Shown: in pieces, positions 19,259 through 27,813 of the stretch | How the letters are laid out: each line of letters opens with the position of its first letter | Position numbering within the stretch: position 1 is the stretch's first letter | Assembly (NCBI GenBank): GCA_002452155.1 | Contig: DKEK01000002.1 | Coordinates: 85,750-149,749 of the forward strand | Reading direction: 5' to 3' | Length of the DNA: 64,000 nucleotides | Source of the DNA: Candidatus Saccharibacteria bacterium UBA6824 | GTDB taxonomy: Bacteria > Patescibacteriota > Saccharimonadia > Saccharimonadales > UBA10212 | Notes under the pieces: model-generated | What the model was told of the DNA's origin: nothing | The model's database searches: none | What the model saw: the letters and a program-made list of their open reading frames with translations, nothing else | Made by a program: the position numbers and the translations under genes

Positions 19259-19891
19259 TTACTTCTTTTTGTTTGGAGCCAAAAGGTACATGTACAGGTT
19301 AACGCCGACAATCGCGCCAACGGCCGGGCCGAGGATGTAAATCGCATTGAAGTTGCGAATGGCCAAGGCCGTAGCCGGGTTTAGGTAGCCGGCGGAAGCG
19401 GTTGCGGCCACCAAGATACCGGCGAAGAATGATGCCCCATAAGCCAAAGCCGTTGTCAGCGTATCTAAACGACGCATTAAAGCAGCTGTTAAGCCCATGG
19501 CCAAGATAGCTGTGCCTACGAGCTCACCGACGAACATCGGTGTGCTCCAGGCCGTGGTTTTAACGGCTAGGGTGTGGTTGGTCAGGTATTGGTACAGCTG
19601 CCATGAGCCCGCAGCCCCCAAAAATTGGGCGGCAATGTAGCTGATCCCCCGAATGGTGGTGACCCTGCGGGCCGTCCACATTGCAAGCGTGATAGCTGGG
19701 TTAAAGTAGCCTCCCGACACGCCGCCAAACAGTACATAGGCTAGAGCCAAGGTCACCGCTACCGATGTTGCGATGAAGTAGGGTACCCCTGTTGTCTCTG
19801 ACAATACCAGCGCCACCATCACTAGCAGTCCTGTGCCAAAAAACTCGGCCAGGACCGCCGCCATTCTGGCTCGATTATATTTAATATACAT
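19259..19891 (-). CDS. Aquaporin / MIP-family channel
   Basis: Two NPA boxes (SGGYFNPAIT and AGYLNPATA) and 6 TM segments. At 210 aa it is short for the family. Confidence 0.75.
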   Translation of the reverse strand: MYIKYNRARMAAVLAEFFGTGLLVMVALVLSETTGVPYFIATSVAVTLALAYVLFGGVSGGYFNPAITLAMWTARRVTTIRGISYIAAQFLGAAGSWQLYQYLTNHTLAVKTTAWSTPMFVGELVGTAILAMGLTAALMRRLDTLTTALAYGASFFAGILVAATASAGYLNPATALAIRNFNAIYILGPAVGAIVGVNLYMYLLAPNKKK

Positions 19892-19953
19892 TTTCTTCGA
19901 CCCTCCTGTTAACTTATGGTTTTCACTATAGTACGCTTGCCAGGAATAGTAAA

Positions 19954-20023
19954 CCCAGCACCTAGGTCTGAGTGCTTCGCAAGTATCCGCTACAAGCGGA
20001 TAGTCTCAGCCCTAGGTGCTGGG
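19954..20023. repeat. 19-bp inverted repeat (18 of 19 bases match) with a 44-nt spacer, in the divergent aquaporin/glutaredoxin promoter region
   Basis: CCCAGCACCTAGGTCTGAG at 19954-19972 versus CTCAGCCCTAGGTGCTGGG at 20005-20023; the spacer also holds an inner hairpin CCGCTACAAGCGG. Confidence 0.5.
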
Positions 20024-20058
20024 AAACTAAAAACAGGGGTCATGATACAATATAAGGA

Positions 20059-20316
20059 ATGGATAACGCCCCGGCTGTAAAAATTTACTCTACCTCCTGG
20101 TGCGCTTATTGCGGTGCCGTCAAAGAGTATCTGGATAAGCTTAAGGTGCCCTACAGCGAGATAAACGTCGAGCAGGACCAAGCGGCCATGCACTATATCA
20201 TGAGCAAAACCGGTTCGGCCGGCGTACCGCAGATAGAGATTGGCGACCAAGTGATTTTAGGCTTTGACCGTGCGCGCATCGACCAAGCACTTAAAGATAA
20301 GCATTTAGTGTCTTAG
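20059..20316 (+). CDS. Glutaredoxin-like protein (NrdH/Grx family)
   Basis: WCAYC active site near the N-terminus and a VPQIEI.G thioredoxin-fold motif; 85 aa. Confidence 0.8.
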   Translation: MDNAPAVKIYSTSWCAYCGAVKEYLDKLKVPYSEINVEQDQAAMHYIMSKTGSAGVPQIEIGDQVILGFDRARIDQALKDKHLVS

Positions 20317-20373
20317 CGGCCCCGCTGTACGCTACATATAGCGTTTCGGCCGTTTTTATTTTATTATATCTGT

Positions 20374-20874
20374 ATGGAATTCAATCACGAATCATCAAGC
20401 CATGAAGCATCGCAGGGAAGCCGTTGGTCAATTGTGGGCGGCGAATTTCAACCTAGCGATGACTTCCCAGATCTGGAAGAGATAGAAATAATCAAAGGTA
20501 GATCAGCGCAACACGCTGACGAAGAAGTACAGAACAGGGTTTTTTATACAGAGCTGCTGGTTTACGCCTTAAGGCATGTTAATCCAGCACTTATAAATGT
20601 GTCCGTCCCCGAAAAAATTGTCATAAAAAGCCTGATAGACGAAATGGCTGACGCTATGTACCATCTCGGTGAAATGCACCGCAAGCAAGATGTAAAGAAG
20701 ATAGCTGAAGGGGCGATAGACGAACCAATGAACGGGGCAAAGGAGGTCCCGGTCATGCAAGCGCTACGAAGAATGCAAGAAGCCGGTGCTATAGATTACG
20801 ATACTCGCACTGTTTTGGATGCTGTTGTAAGGGCGGTACATATAAAACAAAGCGCCAAACAGCCTGTAGAATAA
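20374..20874 (+). CDS. Hypothetical protein
   Basis: 166-aa ORF with consistent coding statistics; no domain recognised. Confidence 0.35.
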   Translation: MEFNHESSSHEASQGSRWSIVGGEFQPSDDFPDLEEIEIIKGRSAQHADEEVQNRVFYTELLVYALRHVNPALINVSVPEKIVIKSLIDEMADAMYHLGEMHRKQDVKKIAEGAIDEPMNGAKEVPVMQALRRMQEAGAIDYDTRTVLDAVVRAVHIKQSAKQPVE

Positions 20875-20878
20875 TCCT

Positions 20879-21448
20879 ATGGCGTTTGAAGATTATAAAA
20901 CCAAGGACTCGGTAGTAGTCGTTTATACAGGGGAAGGCAAGGGCAAAACCAGTGCCAGTGTGGGGCTGATGGCTAGGGCGCTGGGCAGCGGTTGGAGGGT
21001 GGCCTTTATCCAGTTCATTAAGCACTGGAATGTCGGCGAGCATGATTTTATACACCAGATCCAGCCGCTTTATAAGCGCAAGCTGCTGTTTTATAAAGGC
21101 GGCAAAGGTTTTTACGACGCCGGCGACCTCAGCGCTAAAGACGTCACGCCGGCCCAGCACAAGCAGGCAGCCCAAGACACTTACAAAAAAGCTCTGGCTG
21201 CGGCCACCAGCGGCAAGTTCGATTTGGTCATTTGTGACGAGATAAACAACGCTGTTAATCACAAGCTGGTCAGCAAAAAACAACTGGTGAATTTGATTTC
21301 TAAACGAACGCCAAAAACCAGTTTGTGTTTGACCGGCCGTGATTTCCCCAAAGACTTACTGCCAAAAGCCGATATTGCCACCAACATGACCAAGCTCCGC
21401 CACCACTTCGACAAAAAATACCTAGCCAACAAAGGAATAGATTTCTGA
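20879..21448 (+). CDS. cobO: Cob(I)yrinic acid a,c-diamide adenosyltransferase (CobO/BtuR family)
   Basis: VVVYTGEGKGKTSASVGLMARALGSGWRVAFIQFIKHW against BtuR VFTGNGKGKTTAAFG...VGVVQFIKG; the DEI acidic motif LVICDEINNAV. Confidence 0.6.
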   Translation: MAFEDYKTKDSVVVVYTGEGKGKTSASVGLMARALGSGWRVAFIQFIKHWNVGEHDFIHQIQPLYKRKLLFYKGGKGFYDAGDLSAKDVTPAQHKQAAQDTYKKALAAATSGKFDLVICDEINNAVNHKLVSKKQLVNLISKRTPKTSLCLTGRDFPKDLLPKADIATNMTKLRHHFDKKYLANKGIDF

Positions 21449-21489
21449 CCCAAGAAAACCAGCCACACCGGAATCTTGTCTTTTGGTGG

Positions 21490-22026
21490 TTGGTCTTTTT
21501 AGTGCTTTTGGGTATCGCCACTTATTTCGGGCTGAGGTTGAGCCATCTGGAACTAAAGTTCCAGTCACCTCAACCGGGGCTTTATAGGGTAGTAAAGTTT
21601 GACGATGGCGACACCATCGAGGTTGATATGAACGGCACGACCGAGACTATTAGATTCATCGGCGTTGATACCCCAGAAACCCATAAACCGAATACGCCCA
21701 TCCAGTGCTACGGCCCGGAAGCCAGCGCCTATACGAAGCGGCTGATCGGCAACCAAAAAGTCCGCCTGCAGGCCGACCCATTGAACACCAACCGCGACCG
21801 CTATAACCGACTGCTACGCTATGTATATTTACCCGACGGCACGCTGGTTGAACAGAACCTAATCATGGGCGGCTACGGCTTTGCTTATACTTATTTCCCC
21901 TCGAGCAAAAACGCTGAATTTAGCGCTTATGAGCAACAGGCCAAGATCGCCGGCAAGGGGCTATGGTCAGCCTGCCAAGTGACGGTTGAAGCTAACGGCG
22001 TGAAACAAACTAACGCCGCGCCCTAG
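21490..22026 (+). CDS. Thermonuclease (SNase-like), membrane-anchored
   Basis: N-terminal TM, then IRFIGVDTPETHKP...CYGPEASAYTKRL...RYNRLLRYVYLPDG, staphylococcal-nuclease catalytic motifs. Confidence 0.75.
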   Translation: MVFLVLLGIATYFGLRLSHLELKFQSPQPGLYRVVKFDDGDTIEVDMNGTTETIRFIGVDTPETHKPNTPIQCYGPEASAYTKRLIGNQKVRLQADPLNTNRDRYNRLLRYVYLPDGTLVEQNLIMGGYGFAYTYFPSSKNAEFSAYEQQAKIAGKGLWSACQVTVEANGVKQTNAAP

Positions 22027-22810
22027 CTTCGCGCCGCTGCAGTAGCCAGTCGTCGAGGGCCGCCAGAGGGTAAACCGCAAGCACCCCCGCCCACTGCAGG
22101 CAAAAGAGCGCTGTGCGGACTATATTGGTGCGGTGATAAAAAGTCCGGATGGAACGCAGTTGATAAGAAATGTGGTAGGCGAATGTGGTGTGCATCGCCC
22201 GAAAGGATACACCAACTAAATTGTTGGCTATATAGCCAATCTTGCCGTGCTGGTTCAGGCAAAAGGCCAGGTCGTAATCTTCCCAAATGTCGGGCCGCAT
22301 CATAACTTTATTTTTAATTTTGTGCCAACCGCCGGCGCGGATAGCACAATTAGACCCCCAAAGCAGCCTATGGCCGGCGACTAGGCCGGCCACGTAAATA
22401 TAGCCATGGAAGATAGCCGAGCCAAGCCATTTCATCGGTACGTCATAAGGATCAGCGCCGCCGGTAACTGCCACTAGTTTGGGGTCATCCACGAAGGCCT
22501 CTGTAACTTTTTCACTCCAGTCGGTTGGCAAAACGCTGTCGGCGTCAATGCGGCCCAAAATATCGCCTTTGGCCCCGTTAAAGCCGGTTGCTTGGGCAAA
22601 CACCTGGTGCTGCTGCGGTTCGTGAAGGATAGTTACAAAACTATACTTAGCAGCCACCTCAACTGTTTTATCGGTTGAATTATTGTCAACTACAATCACT
22701 TCGTCCGGTTTTTGGGTCTGGGCGGCAATACTGTCCAGGCAGGCGCCGATGTAGCGCTCTTCGTTGTAGGCTGGTATAACTATACTAAGCGTAAGCGCAG
22801 ATTTGCTCAT
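22010..22810 (-). CDS. Family 2 glycosyltransferase
   Basis: LSIVIPAYNEE...VIVVDNNSTDKT...GRIDADS, the GT2 DxD region. Start moved to the internal ATG at 22810. Confidence 0.8.
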   Translation of the reverse strand: MSKSALTLSIVIPAYNEERYIGACLDSIAAQTQKPDEVIVVDNNSTDKTVEVAAKYSFVTILHEPQQHQVFAQATGFNGAKGDILGRIDADSVLPTDWSEKVTEAFVDDPKLVAVTGGADPYDVPMKWLGSAIFHGYIYVAGLVAGHRLLWGSNCAIRAGGWHKIKNKVMMRPDIWEDYDLAFCLNQHGKIGYIANNLVGVSFRAMHTTFAYHISYQLRSIRTFYHRTNIVRTALFCLQWAGVLAVYPLAALDDWLLQRREARARR

Positions 22811-22837
22811 ATCAGTTAATAAATAGAATAGCAGTTC

Positions 22838-23944
22838 ATGGCTGATCGAAGGTTGACTTTTCACAAAATCCGAAGCTATTTATGGCCGGCTTCCATCTGG
22901 AAGCGGGCTTTAGTTGCCTTGCTGGTGATAGTTATTTCGTCTACCGCCGCCAGCTACGCCGTCGCCCAGTGGTACATTGCTGAGCACGATAACGAGCCAC
23001 TGATACTCGGTACAACTTTTGTATCTGATTATGCCCAGAACTTTGGCCTGGACCCTAAAGACACGCTTAAGGCGATTTTGGGTGATTTAAAAGTCAAGCA
23101 GGTAAGGCTGGTGAGTTACTGGAACCAGATAGAACCAGCCCCTGGCCAATACGACTTTTCGAACTTGGACTGGCAGTTCGCCATGGCTAACCAATATGGC
23201 GCCAGAGTTAGCTTGGCTATTGGCCTGCGCCAGCCGCGCTGGCCAGAATGCCACGAGCCAAGCTGGATTCATGTTTCTAACACCAATAAAAGCGATTGGC
23301 AACCGCAACTTTATAGCTACATGAAGGCAGTTATTGAGCGTTATAAGCCCAACCCGGCTCTAGTCAGTTATGAGCTAGAGAATGAATTCTTTATGACGGT
23401 TTTTGGCGAGTGCAAGGACTTTGACCGTAGCCGCCTGGTCACCGAATTCAAAATGGTCAAAGCTTGGGATCCGGGCCGGCCGGTGATCATCAGCCGCAGC
23501 AATAACTGGGTCGGCGTACCGGTGCGCCAGCCGACACCAGACCAGTTTGGTGTATCCGTCTATAAGCGAGTTTGGGACAAAACTCTGACACACCGTTATT
23601 TTGAGTACCCATTGCCAGCCTGGTTTTACGCCAGCTTGGCCGGCTGGGAACAGATGATTAGCGGCAAAGACATGATTATCCACGAACTGCAAGCCGAACC
23701 GTGGCCGCCCACCGATATCCAACAGGCATCACTGCAAGAACAATACAAATCAATGGACGCACCGAGGCTGAAAGACCGGATAGCTTATGGCAAAGCAACG
23801 GGCATGCGGACCATCGATTTATGGGGCGCCGAGTGGTGGTACTGGGTCAAAACCACGCATAATGACCCCAGCGTTTGGAATGTCGTCAAGCAGGCCGTAT
23901 CGGAGGCTGAAGTTCAAAATCAAAAGCTACCAATAAAGCATTAA
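22838..23944 (+). CDS. Membrane-anchored putative glycoside hydrolase (TIM-barrel, GH5/GH113-like)
   Basis: N-terminal TM; ...YWNQIEPAPGQYDF...YELENEFF, an NE(P)-like catalytic motif. Divergent from the GT2 gene. Confidence 0.35.
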   Translation: MADRRLTFHKIRSYLWPASIWKRALVALLVIVISSTAASYAVAQWYIAEHDNEPLILGTTFVSDYAQNFGLDPKDTLKAILGDLKVKQVRLVSYWNQIEPAPGQYDFSNLDWQFAMANQYGARVSLAIGLRQPRWPECHEPSWIHVSNTNKSDWQPQLYSYMKAVIERYKPNPALVSYELENEFFMTVFGECKDFDRSRLVTEFKMVKAWDPGRPVIISRSNNWVGVPVRQPTPDQFGVSVYKRVWDKTLTHRYFEYPLPAWFYASLAGWEQMISGKDMIIHELQAEPWPPTDIQQASLQEQYKSMDAPRLKDRIAYGKATGMRTIDLWGAEWWYWVKTTHNDPSVWNVVKQAVSEAEVQNQKLPIKH

Positions 23945-23962
23945 CAGGGGTAAACTAGCGGT

Positions 23963-24418
23963 ATGGCTAAGAAGCCTAAGACTACCGGAAATATAGTCAA
24001 CAAAAGAGCCCGCTTTGATTATGAGCTGGGCGATTCTTTAGTGGTGGGCATTTCCTTGACCGGTGCCGAGACTAAGGCGCTACGGATGGGCCACGGCCAG
24101 CTGCACGGCGCTTACGTAACAGACAAGAATGGCGAATTGTGGCTGATCAATGCCCAAATTACGGGTGATAGGGGCATCCCAATAGACGAGCAGGCGAAGA
24201 CCCGCAGCCGTAAGCTGCTGGCCAAACGCGCCGAGATCGACAAGCTGCTGGCGGCCAAGAGCCGCGGCCTGACAATCGTGCCGCTGCAAGTCTTAAATAA
24301 GGGCCGCTATATTAAGCTCAAGATTGCCCAGGGGCGCGGCAAAAAGCGCTACGATAAGCGCGAAGTTCTCAAGCGCCGCCAACAGGAGAGGGAAGCCGCC
24401 CGCTTCAGCGAACTGTAA
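23963..24418 (+). CDS. smpB: SsrA-binding protein
   Basis: IVNKRARFDYELGDSLVVGISLTGAETKALR...KGRYIKLKIAQGRGKKRYDKRE. Confidence 0.9.
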   Translation: MAKKPKTTGNIVNKRARFDYELGDSLVVGISLTGAETKALRMGHGQLHGAYVTDKNGELWLINAQITGDRGIPIDEQAKTRSRKLLAKRAEIDKLLAAKSRGLTIVPLQVLNKGRYIKLKIAQGRGKKRYDKREVLKRRQQEREAARFSEL

Positions 24419-24467
24419 TTTCTACACTGTTTCGAGTTTAATTTAGAGCGTAAAATAAGATATAGAT

Positions 24468-24701
24468 ATGCGGGATGATGATTACGAGGGAGCGCTTCTA
24501 GAGGAAATTAAAGACCAGAATAAGGCTGTCTTAGAAGCCGTTGGTATGATAAAAGAGCAAGTAAAGCAATTGCCAACGCGCGATGAATTTAATGCGCTAA
24601 AAGAAGACGTAAGAACGATTAAAACCGTAGTCACCGATATGAATCACGACATTAAAGACTACGATCGTCGCATCACCCGGCTGGAAGAAGCTAAAGTCTA
24701 A
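24468..24701 (+). CDS. Hypothetical small coiled-coil protein
   Basis: 77-aa charged, heptad-like sequence between smpB and xth. Confidence 0.3.
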   Translation: MRDDDYEGALLEEIKDQNKAVLEAVGMIKEQVKQLPTRDEFNALKEDVRTIKTVVTDMNHDIKDYDRRITRLEEAKV

Positions 24702-24710
24702 AATATTCCT

Positions 24711-25508
24711 ATGCTCAAAATCTATTCCTGGAATGTGAATGGCATCCGGGCAGTAGTGCGCAAAGGTGCGCTACAGGCTTTCATGGCCAAACATAAGCCG
24801 GACATTTTGGCGCTGCAAGAGACCAAAGCCCGGCAAGGTCAGGCCGAGATTGATTTTAAGGGCTACGAAGAATATTGGGATTCAGCGGCCAAGGCGGGCT
24901 ACTCGGGTACGGCCATATTTACTAAAAAAAAACCGACAAAAATTATTAACGGACTGCCCAAAGATATCGTCAATCGATATAAGGTCCATGGCGATATCTA
25001 TGGCGACCCGAATAAAGAAGGGCGAGTGATTACAGCCGAGTTTGAAAAATTTTATTTAGTGAATGTCTATACTATAAATATTAAAGATGACTTAAGCCGT
25101 CTAAAAATCAGGCAAGCTTGGGATAAAGCCTTCTTGGCTTATATGCAAGCCCTGGAGAAGCATAAGCCGGTTATTTTTACCGGCGACCTCAATGTGGCTC
25201 ACACCGAAGATGATCTGGCCCGGCCCAAGGAAAACGTCGGCAAACGCGGTTTTACTAACGAAGAAAGGGCAGGCTTCCAAAATATCATCGACCACGGCTT
25301 TGTGGACACGTTCCGTATTTTCACTAGCGGCAATGGCCATTACAGTTGGTGGACCCATTGGGCCAATGCCCGGGCCCGTAACGTTGGCTGGCGGATTGAT
25401 TATTTCCTAGCTTCAAAATCCTTGAAACCGATAATTAAAAAAGCCCAAATCCACGCCGATATCATGGGCTCGGACCACGCCCCGGTTAGTCTTACGCTGG
25501 ACCTTTAG
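24711..25508 (+). CDS. xth: Exodeoxyribonuclease III
   Basis: MLKIYSWNVNGIRA...LALQETK...GDLNVAH...SDHAPV, the EEP-family catalytic motifs. Confidence 0.9.
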   Translation: MLKIYSWNVNGIRAVVRKGALQAFMAKHKPDILALQETKARQGQAEIDFKGYEEYWDSAAKAGYSGTAIFTKKKPTKIINGLPKDIVNRYKVHGDIYGDPNKEGRVITAEFEKFYLVNVYTINIKDDLSRLKIRQAWDKAFLAYMQALEKHKPVIFTGDLNVAHTEDDLARPKENVGKRGFTNEERAGFQNIIDHGFVDTFRIFTSGNGHYSWWTHWANARARNVGWRIDYFLASKSLKPIIKKAQIHADIMGSDHAPVSLTLDL

Positions 25509-25509
25509 T

Positions 25510-26070
25510 ATGCAGGTGCATATAATCGACGGCTGGTCAGAAGGCCCCCGGCATATGGCCGCGCTAGAGCAGGAGCTGTCACGGGCCGGCTTTAGCCTGA
25601 GCCAGGATAAAACAAAGGCCGACGTGATTATCGCTCATTCGGCAGGCTGGTACTTTCTGCCAAAAGATGACTCTAGCAAACTGATCGCTCATATCAACCC
25701 TCCGTATTGGCCTAATAGGCCAATATTGCTGGGGATGATCCGTAATGTGCTACTCGATATCCCCATGCAGCTCCGAAGCTGGGGCTGGAAAAGGCTGGCC
25801 GTCCACCGCCTGAAAAATATTTTTTATATTTTTATCCACCCGCTGCGGGGCCTCAGGATTTGGCGATCGCTCAAATCGGCTTTAGTCGAAAAAGATAAAA
25901 ACAAGAGAGTTTTAATTATGAGAAATAAAAGGGATTGCTTTTGCTCGCCAGAAATTAAAAGTTACCTAAAGTCAGTTAAAGGGGTGAAGATAGTTGAACT
26001 TCCAGGGTTGCACGAAGACTGCTGGTTCAACCCCAAACCGTATGTCGATTTGATCCTCAAAGAACTATAA
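25510..26070 (+). CDS. Hypothetical protein (possible alpha/beta-hydrolase-like fold)
   Basis: VIIAHSAGWYF resembles a GxSxG nucleophile elbow; 186 aa. Confidence 0.3.
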   Translation: MQVHIIDGWSEGPRHMAALEQELSRAGFSLSQDKTKADVIIAHSAGWYFLPKDDSSKLIAHINPPYWPNRPILLGMIRNVLLDIPMQLRSWGWKRLAVHRLKNIFYIFIHPLRGLRIWRSLKSALVEKDKNKRVLIMRNKRDCFCSPEIKSYLKSVKGVKIVELPGLHEDCWFNPKPYVDLILKEL

Positions 26071-26077
26071 TTAAGCT

Positions 26078-26812
26078 ATGGCAAAGCAAGCCGGGAGACC
26101 ATTCGCTGTTTTTGATATCGACGGCACGTTAATACGCTGGCAGCTGTATCATGCCATCGCCGAAGCTTTGGCCAAGCGTGGCCATATCGACGCAAGGACG
26201 CACCAAAAAATCAGGGATGCCCGGATGGTTTGGAAAATGCGCGCCCACGGTGAAGCCTTTGGGGCTTATCAAAGCGAACTGGTTACTGTTTACGAAAAAT
26301 TGCTGCTGGATCTACGCGTTAAGCAATTTAACAAAGCTGTCCAAGCCGTTTTTGATGAATACAAAGACCAGGTTTATATCTATACCCGCGAACTGATTAA
26401 GAAACTCAAAAAAGACGGCTATTTGCTGTTTGCAATTTCTGGCTCGCAAGTAGAAATTGTCAGTAAAATTGCCAAATATTACGGCTTTGACGACTGCATC
26501 GGTACAATCTACGAGCACCAAAATGATAAATTTACCGGGGCGGTGACCATTCATTTGGGCGGCAAGCACTTGGTCCTTCAGGAACTGATAGACAAACACC
26601 AGGCGACCATGGCCGGCAGCATCGCCGTTGGCGACGGCGCCAGCGATATTTCTATGCTGGAAATGGTGGAGAAACCAATTGCCTTTAACCCGGAAAAGAA
26701 GCTGCTCGATTACGCCAAGGGTAAAGACTGGAAGGTGGTTATTGAGCGTAAAAATATGGTCTATGAGCTAGAAAAGCGAGATGGCAGATACATACTGGCT
26801 AAAACAAACTAG
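26078..26812 (+). CDS. HAD-superfamily hydrolase (HAD-IB / phosphoserine-phosphatase-like)
   Basis: FAVFDIDGTLI motif I, ISGS motif II, K...GDGASD motifs III/IV. Confidence 0.75.
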   Translation: MAKQAGRPFAVFDIDGTLIRWQLYHAIAEALAKRGHIDARTHQKIRDARMVWKMRAHGEAFGAYQSELVTVYEKLLLDLRVKQFNKAVQAVFDEYKDQVYIYTRELIKKLKKDGYLLFAISGSQVEIVSKIAKYYGFDDCIGTIYEHQNDKFTGAVTIHLGGKHLVLQELIDKHQATMAGSIAVGDGASDISMLEMVEKPIAFNPEKKLLDYAKGKDWKVVIERKNMVYELEKRDGRYILAKTN

Positions 26813-27563
26813 GGACAAGCCGCTTTTCGAGGATCTGCTGTGGAGCCGACCGGAAAATAAGCGCCACGGTGGCAAACTACTGATTGTCGGCGGCAACCTG
26901 CATGGCTTTGCGGCGCCGGGCAGCGCCTACGGCGTTGCTGGGAAGGCCGGCATTGGCACGGCGCGCGTGCTATTGCCTGACAAATTGCAAAAAACCGTCG
27001 GTAAGCTCATCCCAGAGGCCGAATTCGCGCCGAGCACCTTAAGCGGTAGTTTTAGCAAAATGGCGTTGGCACAGCTGCTGGAAGCCGCCGAGTGGGCTGA
27101 TGGTGTACTACTGGCCGGTGACTTCGGCCGTAACTCCGAGACCACCATCTTGCTTGACAGTTTTATTTCTAAATACCAAGGATTGCTAAATCTCGCCGGC
27201 GACAGTATAGACTACTTAATAAACAGTGGAGATGATCCATTCCGCCGTTATAACTTTGTTATAACGGCGGACATTGGAAGCTTGCAGAAATTAGCTAGAC
27301 CGACAGTCATTAAACATGGCTTTGACTTATTGATGATGGTCAACGTATTAGGCGAGTTGACCGCGACAATCGACGCTCAGATTATAACCAAGCACGCCGA
27401 TAATTTTATTGTCGCCAGCGGCGGGCAGGTCAGCACCACGCCGGCACCCAAAGAAAGCCGCTGGCAGACTGAACTGCCGGCTTACACTAGCGTCTGGTGG
27501 CTCCAACAACCCCAAAAAGGCTTCGAAGCTATAACTAGTGCTGTTTACGAATACTTGAATTAA
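26781..27563 (+). CDS. YjeF C-terminal-domain-like protein (NAD(P)H-hydrate dehydratase family, divergent)
   Basis: RPENKRHGGKLLIVGGNLHGFAAPGSAYGVAGKAGIGTARVL matches the YjeF_C start (R...HKG..G.VLVIGGS..Y.GA), but the GSGD motif is missing. Confidence 0.4.
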   Translation: MADTYWLKQTRDKPLFEDLLWSRPENKRHGGKLLIVGGNLHGFAAPGSAYGVAGKAGIGTARVLLPDKLQKTVGKLIPEAEFAPSTLSGSFSKMALAQLLEAAEWADGVLLAGDFGRNSETTILLDSFISKYQGLLNLAGDSIDYLINSGDDPFRRYNFVITADIGSLQKLARPTVIKHGFDLLMMVNVLGELTATIDAQIITKHADNFIVASGGQVSTTPAPKESRWQTELPAYTSVWWLQQPQKGFEAITSAVYEYLN

Positions 27564-27564
27564 A

Positions 27565-27651
27565 TGGTGCCGGGAGAGAGAATCGAACTCTCACATCCTT
27601 GCGGACACGGGATTTTGAGTCCCGCGCGTCTACCAATTCCGCCATCCCGGC
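27565..27651 (-). tRNA. tRNA-Leu(CAA)
   Basis: The reverse complement reads GCCGGGATGGCGGAATTGGTAGACGCGCGGGACTCAAAATCCCGTGTCCGCAAGGATGTGAGAGTTCGATTCTCTCTCCCGGCACCA: 7-bp acceptor stem, anticodon loop CUCAAAA, long variable arm, T-loop TTCGATT, encoded CCA. Confidence 0.85.
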
Positions 27652-27696
27652 ACACTGCAGCTACAGAGGTATTGTACAATAAAGCTTAGTTTGCTT

Positions 27697-27813
27697 CATG
27701 GATCCCGTTAGAACCCAAAAGACCTACAATATAGATATGCGGCTTGAAACATGTACGCGTATTCGAACGTTCACTTATGGTTATAAGTTAAGTGGGTTCT
27801 AACGGGATGGATG
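27697..27813. repeat. 20-bp inverted repeat (18 of 20) with a 77-nt spacer between tRNA-Leu and the sortase gene; the right arm covers the sortase start codons
   Basis: CATGGATCCCGTTAGAACCC at 27697-27716 versus GGGTTCTAACGGGATGGATG at 27794-27813; the spacer contains the palindromes TACGCGTA and GAACGTTC. Confidence 0.5.
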
